A stretch of DNA of 57,056 nt, the filler included, from Sphacelaria rigidula (lineage: Eukaryota): assembly GCA_964200075.2 (NCBI GenBank). It is 4 parts of 4 records of this genome, joined end to end, with 100 filler letters (N's around TTAATTAATTAA, not from the genome) between each part and the next. Parts side by side here need not be neighbours in the genome. Positions count along the whole stretch, not along the records: positions 1 to 14,191 come from CAXNAA020002400.1; positions 14,292 to 28,480 come from CAXNAA020002401.1; 2 more parts are not named here. One strand, given 5' to 3'. This document shows, in pieces, positions 11,640 through 24,747 of the stretch. The position numbers and the translations under genes are program-made. Each line of letters starts with the position of its first letter. Within the stretch, counting starts at the first letter, position 1. Below the pieces are notes generated by a model that made no database searches, was not told the DNA's origin, and saw nothing but the letters and a program-made list of their open reading frames with translations.

Positions 11640-12480
11640 TTTATATCGGAATCAGGCGTCGCATCAGCAATGCATGGGCACGCCTCCGAACGTAAGGTGT
11701 CCGAATCCACAATCGGGTCGAAGCCCGACTCTCTCTCAATACTCCGGATACTCAATGAGGAGGTGGAGGCTTTGCTATAATGGAAATGCAACGTGGACGC
11801 TGCGCCCGGAGGACTTCGAGAGCCTGCGCACCGTCTACCACAAGCCGTTGCTGCAAGCGATTAGGTTCCGTAGGAAGGATCGTAGTGCACACAAGGCTCG
11901 TTTCTACAGAGCTGGGCTCGAGATGACCCGTTGCGAGCGTATCAAGACAATCGCCCGCAAGCGTAGCTCCGATTCGCGGTAGTTCTTCCTTTCCCAACAG
12001 GACGACTCACGTCTGCCAAAGTGTATCATGCTCCCACGGTTGGCGGCCCTAGGGGATGAACGGAAGCTTGTCAGCCATCTAAAATCTGTCGAGAGTGCTT
12101 TGATGACCTGCGTTACTCACGGGATATCTCACGCAAGGGAAAACGAAGGGAGTGCTTCCTCCGATGTGTAGGCCAAACGCTCGCAAGATGAAGTTAACTC
12201 CGCGAAGGACATGGGCTACTGGCATCTAAGGGTCAAAAGAGGGGGGGAGAAATTCGAGGAGGCGTGGCGACGTGAAGACCTAACCCGATCCAACCAATCC
12301 CATCGACGTCAAACGGAGGAGGCCGTTGAGCTGGGAGACTAGAGGGGGAGCCGTCACCGTTGGCACACTAGCAGCGTCATCCCGCGAGAAATCCAAGAAG
12401 AGAATGATCGAGAGAGAGGGAGATCTGCCTTGTGCCTGGCTGGGGATGGGTGGTGGATGCGGAGCAACAAGTGAACTAAT
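11640..12480 (+). mobile_element. 5'-truncated, decayed RTE-like LINE (post-RT C-terminal region and 3' UTR)
   Basis: Frameshifted translation GIRRRISNAWARL...EVEALLY-GNATWTLRPEDFESLRTVYHKPLL...IKTIARKR...DDSRLPKCIM matches the LLYGxxTWTL...RLPK region of RTE-clade LINEs. Confidence 0.8.
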
Positions 12481-13019
12481 AAAGCCCTCTGCTTGTCTTA
12501 CCTCGTTAGCTGCTTTCCTTGGCTCGCAACTTGAGCGATGCTACCTAGTTGTGTTCCTGTATAATGTATTCCCGTTCACGGTCCTCTTGTGTCATCAGTT
12601 TCATTTTCTTTCGAAGGTTTCTGACCTTCCGCTTTCTGTATCCCTTCCTCTTGCTTCATTTTCCTATTTCATTTTGTTGTTGTCGTTGTTATTGTTGTAT
12701 GTTTTATTCAATGCCGTACGGTGTTAGTTCATTGTTCCTGTCAAGTGAATGGGCAAGAGTATCTAACCCAAAAGCAACAATGTTTTCGTGAGATTCAGAC
12801 TCTAGGATACGATTGAGAGCAGGCTTTTCATGGCTTTCAGAGGTCGGGTGTGTCTGCATCATCAATGGACGAAACGCTTACCTCACACATTGGTGCAAAA
12901 TTCTGCCGGCAAACCCAACAAAATTTCCGTGAAATCGAGCGATGTAAGTACGAGAGTACGACTTTATTTACAACAGGTCTCGCTGCGCCAGTTCCGAAAA
13001 TGAGACGAAAAGTTTAAAT

Positions 13020-14000
13020 GTGGAGCGTGTTGGGACGTTCCTGCCACCCGTTGCCTGAATGGAATGGCAACGTAATGTTGGACAATGTTGCTCGCTGGCC
13101 CACAGGCGCGCATTTGTGGAAAAATGCACCGTTCAAAAGGTCTCCAAAGTAGTGTTGGTCGTGCGGTTTGAGTAAAAGATACGATTTAGCCAGGTTGTGC
13201 CCGACTTCATTCGTAAATGCAGTTGATGCCACCATTCGTGTGGACTTGGGACTCGTGGATATCTTGAAATCACGTTTCTGTTCAAAGATGTCGCCGCAGT
13301 TTCCGTCGTTGTATTTGAAAGCGCAAGTCATCGCGTGTAATATGACTGCTGATATCCCGCCTTTTCGTGCCGAGATAAATCGCAAAATGTGGTGGGACCC
13401 TGGATTCGTTCCATCATCTCACCCTCGATGGCGGCGGATCACAACAAGTTCTCTTGCACGAGGCCATTGGAGCGCCGCCCGTCTACGAGTTGCAGCAAAT
13501 CGATTTTGCCAGGGATCCTCGCCAACCGCATCGGATTTCCGAAAATGCACTCGAAACATGAGTCGACGGAGCCATCAAGGACAGCTCATGACCCATCAAC
13601 ACGGGAAAACAAATACCACCGCATCAACAGAATAGCTGCAAAACACCGGGAGCACTTGGAACTGGCTAACCAAAACAAAAAACACCATGCTGTTCTGAAC
13701 AGCAATCAACGGTACAACGAACACCGGACGCTGGGTCCCTGCTCAAACTCTACCCCATCCGTGCTCTCCTCCTTTAGGGACAGTACGAGGCCTACACGAA
13801 TCGCCGACTCTGCGCAATTTGATGTCGCGCTGAGCGTCGACATTTGGAAGAGATGCGTCTTGCACGTCTTCTGGATGATACCGCGGAAATGATTGATCGG
13901 GGGCAGCGGCGAAGGGTACGGGTGATCGCAAGAGTTGATGGGGCAGGCTACAGCCGATAAATCGGGCGCTTGAGTACAGCCGGGCGAATTTCAGCAACTT
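13020..14000 (+). pseudogene. Highly decayed Ty3/Gypsy RT-RNase H relic
   Basis: Scattered collinear peptides (IISPSMAADHNK, VDGAIKDSS*PI, ALEYSR) resemble the Gypsy SISPxG...K, DWDAVEDxSRPF and TLEYRKG blocks. There are many frameshifts. Confidence 0.4.
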
Positions 14001-14191
14001 CAAATTAGAAACTGGCGCAAACAGGACATCCTTTTGTCCCGTGTGGGGATGATGCTTCCAAACGTATCCATTTTCTCGGCACCACGCGAGGACGATACCG
14101 ACACACTGAACACTAGGCGGTCACTCACGATCGAAAAGACTTGGACTCATCATGCCGAGCAACTGGGCACTCTCGACTTCGGCGACATTAG

Positions 14192-14291
14192 NNNNNNNNN
14201 NNNNNNNNNNNNNNNNNNNNNNNNNNNNNNNNNNNTTAATTAATTAANNNNNNNNNNNNNNNNNNNNNNNNNNNNNNNNNNNNNNNNNNNN
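14192..14291. other. Artificial contig spacer (N44-TTAATTAATTAA-N44)
   Basis: The same 100-bp spacer with a six-frame stop linker occurs three times. Confidence 0.97.
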
Positions 14292-14599
14292 TTCGAGCAA
14301 CAAATGGCCCAAAATACCCCCCCCCCCCTATCGTAGGATGGCTCTTTGCGTGGGCGCCTAACCTGACATAATAGCCGTAGTGATAGAGCGAGTGAGTCAG
14401 GTGAGTATAGCCCATGATTAGCCCGACTACAGCTGGCGCAGTAAGGATGACTTGGAGTATTTCATTAGAATTCAGCCTGTCATAGCTCTTCCGGCATTTG
14501 CAAAGAAATACGCCTGCAGATCATACAAAACAATGTAAAAACCTCACTCCACACACACAGCTCACAAAAGCTCACCGTTCTGGTACCACAGTCTCTGTA

Positions 14600-15800
14600 T
14601 TCTAACATTATTTCCCTAGTGACTGGTGATTACACGGCGGATGCCACTGTCGATACCCTTGTCCATGATTAATTACATCAAGCACTCCGGCTGCCATCAT
14701 GGCCTTTCTCCGACAGTGGAATAGTTTTGTATCGATCACTCTATTATTGCCTTGTGCAACTCAAGGGCATCCGCAAGATTGGTACGAGTGCCCATGATCC
14801 AAAGGCGTTGATAACTGTGCTGGGGGAGTAAACTATATACCATGCATGGCCCAGATGTTGTCGGTGATCGTGAATGATCGTCAAGTGATTGGGATACACA
14901 CCTTTCTCACAGCATGTTGACATTCGGCCAGCAATGCAGCCAGTGGACGTTCTCGCAATGAACTCCGTGTTGGACGCTTCCCTCGATTGCCAGTCATCCT
15001 TTTTGAACGTCACACGTTCGACGGCCATCAAGGTCTGGATCAGGATGCGATATGCCATCATGACTTGCGCGTTATAGATAGCTGAAAGCCAACGAGTTGA
15101 TTTGATAGAAAACGTGATCGATGGCACACGTGACGCCAGAGCGAACGCTGCCCTCCACAATACCGAGTGCAAGCGCTCGACATTGAAAGTTGGTGATCGG
15201 TCGTGAATCACCGGTAGTTTGGTGACCACTCTCCAGGAAGCCAGCAAGACCCACAGCAATGCGGTGATCAAGACTAAGCTGTGCCTTAATTGAACAGGCC
15301 TCTTCGATATCCTTGATGTAGGCCCGTCGAAGACGTCTCTTTACGGACGACCTACTGACGACAATGCTTTTTCCCTGGACTTGCCGCACGATCTTCAAAG
15401 ATCACGCACTGAACCTCGTGTTTCGGTGGGTCGTTGCGAACACCGCGCCAATCTCAATGACACAGACGATATCCCCAAATACCCACCCGTCGGTCTTATG
15501 TAATACTTCAAGACAGGAGACGTCACCTATCTGGACGAAAGCTGTGTTCTTCTTGTGAGGGACAAGAATAAGATTCGAATCTTCCCAGGTGACGTTATCC
15601 TCGACTCTCCCTGCGTTCAGCACAAGAGCCACTTTCCGAAGACTACGGCGGTTGTGGCAAACGCTCGGGTGAATCCGAGCCACAGTGTCTGTGGAAAAAA
15701 TCGGTATCTGGCGCATTCGCGTAATGAAACGGCCGAGCGATCCTCCAAGAGGAGGGAAGGGTGAAGTGTAGGAGTTTAACTACGCCACCAACGCGGATTG
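14600..15800 (+). pseudogene. Decayed Ty3/Gypsy integrase core and C-terminal region
   Basis: LKGIRKIGTSAHDPK..., MAQMLSVIVNDRQ, GRFPRLPVILFER, KTKLCLN*TGLFDILDVGP (the KLxxxWTGPF/GPY motif), LDLPHDL...RVSVGRC...DDIPKYPPVGL. Confidence 0.8.
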
Positions 15801-16539
15801 GTACAAGAAGTGCTACGCTGACGATTCTGTCTACGATCAAGCTCAAGATGCAGTGGTAAGGTTCGAAGCGTGTAGTAGTGTAGCAGGACGGCGCGAGTCC
15901 CCACATATGGAAAACTGTTCTTTAAATTCTTAGCTCTGCGGCAATGGATCTGGGTTGGATGATAGAGCTTGTCACGCAGCTCGCCCAGTCGCTTGACTTT
16001 AAACTTGACGACTTGGGCTTCTTCGCATGTCTTGAGCAAAGGGTATGGGAGATGAGCCCCAGTTCGACAGACGAGTTAGTGGAGACTACAACTACGCGGA
16101 GTACGACGGTGTCACATTAGCAAGGGTCTATCAAAGCCTCTCTAACGTTTACAATCAAACAATCCGTCAGTTAGGCGATAATGACCTCAAAGTGGAGCTT
16201 ACCGGGGTATCGGCACGACATGGAGCAGGAGCATTGGAAATGATAATAAATTATGATCACGAGGCCTTTACGAAGACCAGGGACTCTCTTGCATCAAGTT
16301 CCAGAGATGGCGACTACGTTTTTTCCCTTCATTTTTTTCTTCGCTTTATTCAACGTTCCCCCCTCCCTCCTTAGCTCAAGACTCTTGTGTTGGCGTAGAG
16401 TGGCAAGGGCCTAGACATCAAATGTACAGACTGTAATCGTACATACCAGAGACCGCCACAGAACAAGGAGAATTTCCCGGACGAACAGATCCACTAGACA
16501 TGCAACAACCCAAAGATTCAATGTTGTTTCCCGACAGTA

Positions 16540-18598
16540 GACCACAAACTGGATTAAGACATGAAATAGTGAAGCTAACCATCCTTTTCTATTATCTTTT
16601 TACCCTATTTTTTTCTTCTGTTTCCTACTTCTCACATCCTCCTTCCCCTTATTCTCGTTTTTCCTTTTTTTTTGTTTACTCCTTTCATTCTTGTTTTGCG
16701 TGTTTTTTTCCAGCTGCCATAACTCAGCCCAGACATAGGCATGAAATAGCGAAGCTCATCATCACTTAACAGCGGATCCTGACAAATCGGGTCCATCTCA
16801 ATAATGAGGTCAAAGTGGCGTATCTTTTTTGCACGGATGACGCGAAACAGTAACACAGAGCGAAACCATATTCCCCCCAAAACTCTGGAGCGGAGAATCA
16901 ATTGTGGCTAAATGCACCGAACGACTGCGATGTACACGCGTGTCGATGACGATATCACCAGAGAGAGAAGCAACGACAGAGAGGAAGCTCCTCGCCCGTG
17001 TCGGTTGTGTGCCCTCGCTGGGCGATTACCAATCGCTCGACAGATTGGCATCATGGATGTAACCAGCACGTACGGAGTTTCTCATGTGCCGGTAGGTATC
17101 ACCAAAGAACATCGAGCTGCGGAGAGATTTCGTCTCTTCTTGTCTCTGGAGCTCACCAATGCGAAGATCGATTCCTCTCTGCCTCTCGTTTTGGGCAGGA
17201 CACGCCTCTGTGCGCTGAAAAGCAGGGCAACGTTCCCGTCACCGCTACTACTGTTCTCTGTCACACACATGTCAGCAAGGACGGTGCGCTGGGGCAAAAA
17301 TAACAGATGATCAGTTTACACTTGGGGGGTGTTATTTATCGTTGACTTTACCTTGAGATATCTGACCATCCAGGCGCCCGACTCCAAGAGCCTGCCACAG
17401 GCCAGTTGGGGGTGAGTGTGTGAGAGAGATCAAACACTTGTGGAGACCTTTTTGGCATGCGGAGTGGAAAAAGGTACCTATGGTGGTGACCCAAATATTG
17501 CTAGCGTGGTGCAGAGGGGTGCATCAGCTGCAATCTGGAGCTTGTGTTGCTCTACTCTACTGACTCGCGCCTGCAGAGCGTCAGCGAGAGGTCACACACG
17601 CTAACAACATGTTATCATGTACTCAAATTCGGAACACCTATGGAAACAAAAGAGTTGCTTTTTTTCAAACTACGTCCACAAGATTGAAATGACTCACGTG
17701 ACCTGAGGAACTGCAGTTTCCCCGTCCCCCCGCCAGGTATCAAATAAGGACGGCAGAGTTTTTGGGACTCCATATAACGTCCAGGGGAACACAAAGTTTT
17801 TAGTGTCTCAAAATCCCCGTTTTCGTACGAGCTGGGCCAGCCTAAAAACGGATTTAAGCTCTAAAAGCAATATCTCATCGACACAGACGAGTTGGGCCGT
17901 GATCCGCATATTACAGCGGATCCTAATTTTTGGGGATGAACTAAAAAATGAGGTTCAACCCGCAAATCGCTTTCGTTGGGAAAATACCAATAAGTAACAC
18001 AGAAGGAAAATATTTCCTCCCAAAACTCCGCAAAAGGAGTTGGGCAGTTCGTTGCTTCTCTCTCTGGTGATATCGTCATCGACACGCGTGTACATCGCAG
18101 TCGTTCGGTGCATTTAGCCACAATTGATTCTCTGCTCCAGAGTTTTGGGGGGAAATATGGTTTCGCTCTGTGTTACTGTTTCGCGTCATCCGTGCAAAAA
18201 AGATACGCCACTTGAACCTCATTTTTGAGATGGACCCCATTTGTCAGGATCCGCTGTTACTTCTTTGGCAGACCATAACAAAGCCTGGGCATAGCCATGA
18301 AATAACGAAGCAAACCACTTTTTTTCTTCAACCTGCCTTAACACAGACCGATCATAGACACTAAATAACGAAGCCAACCATCTTTTTTCTTCAATCTAAC
18401 ATAGCCCAGACATAGACATGAAATGAAGAAGCTAACCATCCTTTTTCCTCAACCTACCAGGGCATAGGCTGGACATAGACATGAAACAAGAAAGCAAACC
18501 ACTTTCTGTTTCACCTACCAGAACACAGACCGGACATAGCCATGACATACCGAGGCTAACAATCCTTTTCTTCAACCACCATAACACAGCCAGGACAT
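16540..18598 (+). repeat. ~60-bp minisatellite (ACATAGACATGAAATAACGAAGCTAACCATCCTTTTTCTTCAACC...), split by the long-TIR element
   Basis: About two units lie at 16540-16766 and about six at 18260-18598. Confidence 0.8.
16769..18257. mobile_element. Non-autonomous DNA transposon with ~205-bp terminal inverted repeats
   Basis: 16769-16975 is a near-perfect reverse complement of 18050-18257. Termini are ACAGCGGATCC / GGATCCGCTGT with TA on both sides. No convincing internal ORF. Confidence 0.9.
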
Positions 18599-19139
18599 CA
18601 GGGTTGCACATCGGATACTGATAATCGACAAGATTTCGATAAATACCGGCAAAACGCAGAGTCGGTATCGGAGCGCAGAAAACCGATATATGTGATACGT
18701 ATCAATATCCAATATCGATACGCTCGATAATTGGCCCCCTTTTTTTGTCACATAAGCTCAATCACTTGAAACCGTCGTTACAGGAAATGTAGGGGAGTGA
18801 TGTTTCCCGAACGGCAGACCCCCAGTTGATTCAGCCCCACCTCCCGCCACTCTACAAGGTCGCCTGCAAACACAACTCTTCCACATGAGCAGTCACCGCA
18901 GTAACCAACTTACTTCTGCGCGTTTGGCGTTTGCGCAGTGTTGACAAGTTGCACTTGCGAGTATAGCTGTAGAGTGGTTGCACGGTGTGCAAATGGATGC
19001 AGTATCTATTCGTAGGATAGGATGTCGTCTTGCCTCCCAATCAAAGTAGTTGGGCAGGATAGAAGCTGTTCGACAGCCTCTGCTGTTGAAATTCCATACA
19101 CGTCTGCACGTGCATGTCCCCAACAGTAGGATTTACATT

Positions 19140-21334
19140 ACTGAACAGTTGACGCTGACGATGGACGTATACCCTGACTACCTAAACTGATGGAGTTTGA
19201 AAACCCCGTAGTCCGTTGTCTCCCAATCGTATTTCGCATCTGCAGGGTAAATACACCGCATGGTGGCTTCGGTACTTTGATAGAGGTACGGGTCAGTAAC
19301 TCTACGGTTGGTAGACAAACTCTTCCCTCTTCCCTTCTTCCTGGCCTGCCCCCTGCCGGGGTGGGCCGAGGACCGCTAGTGATCTTGGACCACACACAAA
19401 GACCACCAAACCAACGAAGGTGGAGCAGGGAAAGGTAAGGGACACGAGCCCGAGTATCGCGTCGACGTGGACTCTGAGTTTGGGGCGAGAGGAGATACAG
19501 GGGTTGTGAGAAACAGTGTAACTCATATCGCACTAATTGTTTCAGATACCACGCCCTTCCCCCGACTGCCCATACTGGGGTGGGCAAAAGTCCGCCTGCG
19601 ATCTTAGACCAACATCCAAAAGTCATACAACGACGGCGGAGACACGAGCCCGAGCCTCGTATCGACGAGGAGACTAAGTTAGGAAGATAAGAGGCACCAC
19701 GATCACGAGAGTGGCGTATGCTTTGTTTTGGAACTACTCAGCGGCGGCATGCAGCTAAACGCTAAAGCACCGGTGTGGACACCGGGGCTATGCAGCAGCG
19801 GAGAGCGCAGTGGGGACAGCCTAGACAGGAATGGAGGGGCTGCACATCGCGTGGGTACGCACACGAGGAGCGAGGAAGGAGTAGAGTCGGACAGAGCGGG
19901 AGAGTTGCACTTGCGTGTAATAAAAGACCAGCACCGGGCTAGTAATAATCAGAGAGTCCAAAACGCGATAAAAATCAAACAAGAGAAAAAAGAAGGAAAA
20001 AGAGGTGGAGGGGCCGGGCCAGGCGCAGGCTTGCTAGAAAAGCAGCACGAGTAGCCCGGGCGAGACAGCGGAGTTAACTTGTTAAGGTAGTCACTTACAT
20101 TGTCAGAACTCTAGCTGTGAAAGGGGCTAACGGATGGGGGCGAGACTGCAGTACAGCGTCTTGTACGAGGCTGCGAGACTCAACATCTCAGTGGTGGGAC
20201 TGCAGGAGACACGAAGGGCGGAGCGAACAGACTGTACAGCAGCCGGGTTCAGAGTCTTCTGCTGTGGGAGCGAGTCAGGTGGGCAACACGGTGTGGGAAT
20301 AGCCGTGAAAGAGTCGATTTGCAATAACGCCACCTATACCACTGTATACGTCGACGAGCGCCTCATGGCAATGCGGATTGAAATATCGGGGCAGAGCGGA
20401 GCGATCAATTTCGTAGCTGCGTATGCACCAACGGAAGTCGCCAAGAACGAAACGAAACAAGAGTTCTGGGATGGACTTGACGATCTCGTACAGCGAATCC
20501 CGTCGAGGGAATGTGTGTCTGTATTGATGGATGCCAACGCGCGGACGGGGGACAAAGTAGGAGAGGGCTTAGAGGACGAAGGGCTCCTAGGCGCCTATGG
20601 ACGTGATGAGCCGAACGACAACGGGAAACTTCTGCTAACTTTCGCAACCGAGAACAAACTAGCCGCCACGGACACCTTCTGTAGCACCCGTAAAGGCGGA
20701 ATCTCGCACACATACAACAGTGTTGCGGGGAATCGCACGAGCGACCTCAAGGGCATAGACTACACTCTTACCCAGCAGGCACACCGAGGTGGAGTGCGCA
20801 ACGTAGTCGTACACCCCCAACCCGGACCCCCGGCTAAAGCGGACTCGGACCACAACATGGTGGTGGCCACTGCCGACCTCGGTGGCCGCCTTGCCCACAA
20901 CCGCCAAGTATGCACCAAGTCGAAGCAGCGGCAATTCAGCCGACAGCAGCTGCAGACCGAAATGGCAAGGTGGCACGTGACCGAGAGGTTCCTACATAAC
21001 CTCGCCGAGTAAAAATACCACCCAACCAGCACCGCACCGGCGGCCGCGAAGGAGTTCACCGAAGCTATCCTCGAAGCAGCGCAGACAGTACTCTCCAAAG
21101 AGGCACGGATACCACGTATGCCGGAATGGCGTGAAAACCCCGGCACGAGAGCAACAGTGGAAGCAGCGCTCGCCAAACGACGCGAGGCACGCCAAGTGAT
21201 GAAGCAGCACCGGACCCCAGCATCGTGGAAAGCACTCAGAGCCGCGTGTAAGAGCGTGTGTACAACAATAGATTACGGCATCCATGCATATCTGGAGAGG
21301 TATGTGGCAAGGCTAGAAGGGATCTACAAGGATT
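19140..21334 (+). mobile_element. RTE-like LINE 5' portion (UTR, AP-endonuclease domain, linker), truncated at the Gypsy LTR
   Basis: ORF 20134-21012 has VVGLQETRR, HGVGIAV, ERLMAMRI, VAAYAPT, LMDANARTG, NDNGKLLL, IDYTL and DSDHNMV, the APE motifs of non-LTR retrotransposons. In-frame stops are present. The 5' boundary is approximate. Confidence 0.9.
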
Positions 21335-21592
21335 TGTGACGCCAGCAGGTTGTTAGTACTGCAGCGTCTAGTGTTGTTGAGGGACTCCCCAATTACACTG
21401 ACCTCAGTTTTCAGTTGTTAGCCTTCATAACACCTTTAATATCCTGGAGTGCCACACAGGCACATAAGCTCCATAAACCACGTCAGGGTATCACCCCTGT
21501 GTCCATGTCATCATCGATATCATCACTACAGATCCCAAGTCATCATCGATATCATCACTATATACTCAACGTGACGACGTGATTCCGTCACA
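21335..21592 (-). repeat. 3' LTR of the chromodomain Gypsy element
   Basis: TGTGACG...CGTCACA perfect 7-bp inverted ends. A purine-rich GGGGGTGC precedes it on the minus strand. A homologous LTR is at 29094-29311. Confidence 0.85.
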
Positions 21593-24500
21593 GCACCCCC
21601 AAAGCACGTTGGACGAGAATCGAGCAACAAGCTTGACACTCAGAAAAATAACGCCAAAATGATTGAGCAAGTCACAACTTTCAAACTCACGCGTAATGCG
21701 AGCAGCAATGGAACGAGTCACTCGCACCTTACGCAAATCCTTCTTGAGAAATTCCGGAGCGGCCTCAAAAATATTTTGAAGAGGCTCCGACGTACGTTCC
21801 TCGGCTTCAAAACCAACCTGATCGACCAATACGATCAACGAACGATCCTCTGCCTCTGCCACTCGAACAATCCCATCCATCCGAAATTGCCCCTGGTTGA
21901 AAGCGTGCTGAAACACATCCTTCACGTCTGCCATTACATCAAGCTGTGAGTCTGCATAAAAACGCAGACGAGCTACATGGGCGGTCTGAACACTACCTGA
22001 AAAATATGTTCTGAGTCTCAAACACGTGTGGGTGATGAACACCAACCACTCTCCACGGACCAGTCCACGTCGCCATCAATTTAGGCGTGACTACCGGGCG
22101 ACGCACGGGTGCATAAAAAACATAATCGCCTACCTCGAAATTCGGCAATTCCAGCCCCGACGAAGACCCCTCACGTCTACGCGCATGTTCAGCGGCAACA
22201 CGATCCTGCACTTGAACGTGGAAACTTTCCTGCAACTCCAAAACTCCTTGTAACGCACGCTTCAGTTGCGCATCGTTCAATACATCACACTTCCACTCCC
22301 CCGCCGGTGAGGACGCCAACACCGAGAACGACGTCCGAGGTGCACGACCAAACATCACGTGATACGGTGTACTATCGTACCGACGGCGATATGCTGTATT
22401 TAGCGCCCATTGCACAGCGGGCAACACATCCACCCACTCGGTCACCTCTCGAAGCTGCTCGAGAAGAATAGATCAAAGAGCACGAACTACTTCCTTGACC
22501 ATGCGTTCGCACGTACCGTTAGACCACGGAAAATATGCCACCCCAAACCGGTGATCAACGTGTAATGCCTCTCGCAAGTGGGTCAAGATCGTGTTCTTGA
22601 AATGCGTGGCGGTATCACTCACCCACACACTCGGCACCCCCAAAGTTTTGCACCAATTTAGCAAAGACGCGGCAGCCGATTCAGCAGTACACACTGCTAC
22701 TCGTTCGAGAGCCACAAAGTCGCTCAAATCATTGATGGTTACCAAAATGTATCGGAATCCAGCATCCTCCAACAAACCTTGGGAAGCTAGTGGGCCACTC
22801 TCGCCCACGTACAAGAAGTCAAAATGAACGACTTCATTCGGCGTGGTCCCGTGGACCGTTTCATCGAGCGGGCGGGGAACAACATCGCCCGCCCTCGAAT
22901 CAGCACAGTGAAGACACTGTCGGACAAACTCGCGCACCTGAGTTTCCTTTCACTGCCAAACACAAAACTCTTACAAGCGTACGAGCGTCGCAGCCACACC
23001 GCGATGCCCGGCATCGCGCATGTGCGTACAAATCATCATGCGTATGTGCAAATGTTTGTCAGAGCTCGAAATCCACTAAACGTTTCGGCCACGCACATGC
23101 ACACGAAACAGACCTTCATTGTCCAAGATAGCAGTACCAACGTCCGACTCGAAAGATTACATATCCGCATCTTCGGCCCCAAGGTCTTTTCTTTGGGCTT
23201 GGCGGACAACAGATTTGGACGGCATCGAGTCACCAGGTTCACACGGACCATACACAGCCACAGCGCGCACAGGCATTCCAATTCCAACTGTAGGCACCTG
23301 CATGACCAAACTACCCCAATTGCACTCGAATGCATCCGGAAACATTGACACCTGACAACCAGGACGAGGATAGAACAGCGTCACGGCATGAGCCACCAGA
23401 TCCTTTGCTGCCGCCCACGCCTGCAGCCTGCCCTCCGTCCACGATGCAGCCTTCTTCTGAAACGCCATATCCGGACTGGACCACGCCGCCTGCATATTCC
23501 GCAACACCAACCCGAGCGCCAAAAGAGCCGCCATGCACAATGCCAACAAAGTCGACTTCACTGGATCGTACCGCCGCGGCTTCGGCTTCACCGCGGACGC
23601 CCCAGGTTTTGGCTGAACACGCATGGGCTCCACGCGCGCAGGGGGATCACCCCGCAGCGCACGACGAAACGCGTTGACGCGGCAATGCAATATGCCGCGC
23701 AGGCGCTCCGCTTTTGAGACGCTGAGGCTTTTCGCCCCAGCATCCGTCACGCTCTCCTCCAGCGCGACCTTCCGAGCGGACTCCTCTTCCGCCGGATCCA
23801 TAAACGTATCGGGGCCACGCTCCACTAAGCGTCCCACCGCTTCATCACGCTCCTCGGACACCTGCCCCCCCGCCTCCTGGAGAGCATCAACCGACAAGCT
23901 CACTCTGCGACTGGACAAAAAAGCAGGCGTTTCGACACTGGAACCGGGCGACGGCATTTTGCGTTTTAGGGACTTCAACAGCCGATCAAACGGATCGACT
24001 CCGAGTCCCCGAAGCGTCGGTAAGCTCAACAGAACGACACCATCCGTCCCCGGCATGATCGCAAACGATATCGCGGGTAATTTCGCTGGCCCCCAGGTAG
24101 TCCTGAACGCCAGCTGTAGGGGAATCGTACGCTCCGTGACATTTACACGTTGCCCCGATGTGGTGATGGCCTGCCGCGCCGCGAGCGAGAACGGAATGCG
24201 GATTTGCTCACCGGGGAGTAGACGCTCCAGCATCTCCACAATCAGTACCGACACGCTCGTGAAATGGGCGCCTGAATCCAACACAGCGTCGACCGATATG
24301 GTCCCCCGCTCCCGTTCATTTGGGATATATAACTCTGCAGGAATATGTATTTCTTGATCTTCGACCGGCAACTGCTCCGCCGACTGACTTGTCGTGATCC
24401 CCACTTGGCACCACGGCTGCGCGTGCGGTGCAGGCATCGACGCCCCCGCTGGGGTTACCGGCACCGCCGGCGGGTACGAAGCCCCGCCCGCAGAACCAAA

Positions 24501-24715
24501 TTGCAGCGGTACTCCGGCCGACGCAGCAGCGGATCCAAATTTCAGCTGAAATCCGGCCGGCTCAGCAGCAGGCGTCTCGCCTTGCTCTGCTGCCGGCGGC
24601 GCCTGCAGCGAGCCCGACACTTGAGTGGTCGGTCCCACCTGCATCACCCGTTGCTGAGCAGCGGCCCCTGCGACTGAGCCGGACACAGAACCGGACCCCT
24701 GCTGACGCCGCTGCC

Positions 24716-24747
<32 letters not shown>

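Noticed and set aside
13020..15800. A single Gypsy element with RT before and integrase after the first gap
   Set aside because: The spacer joins size-sorted contigs, so the apparent order and orientation are probably coincidental.
18260..18598. CRISPR-like periodicity here and at 1619-2200 and 43600-43930
   Set aside because: The units are contiguous degenerate tandem repeats without unique spacers, there are no cas genes, and the context is eukaryotic.
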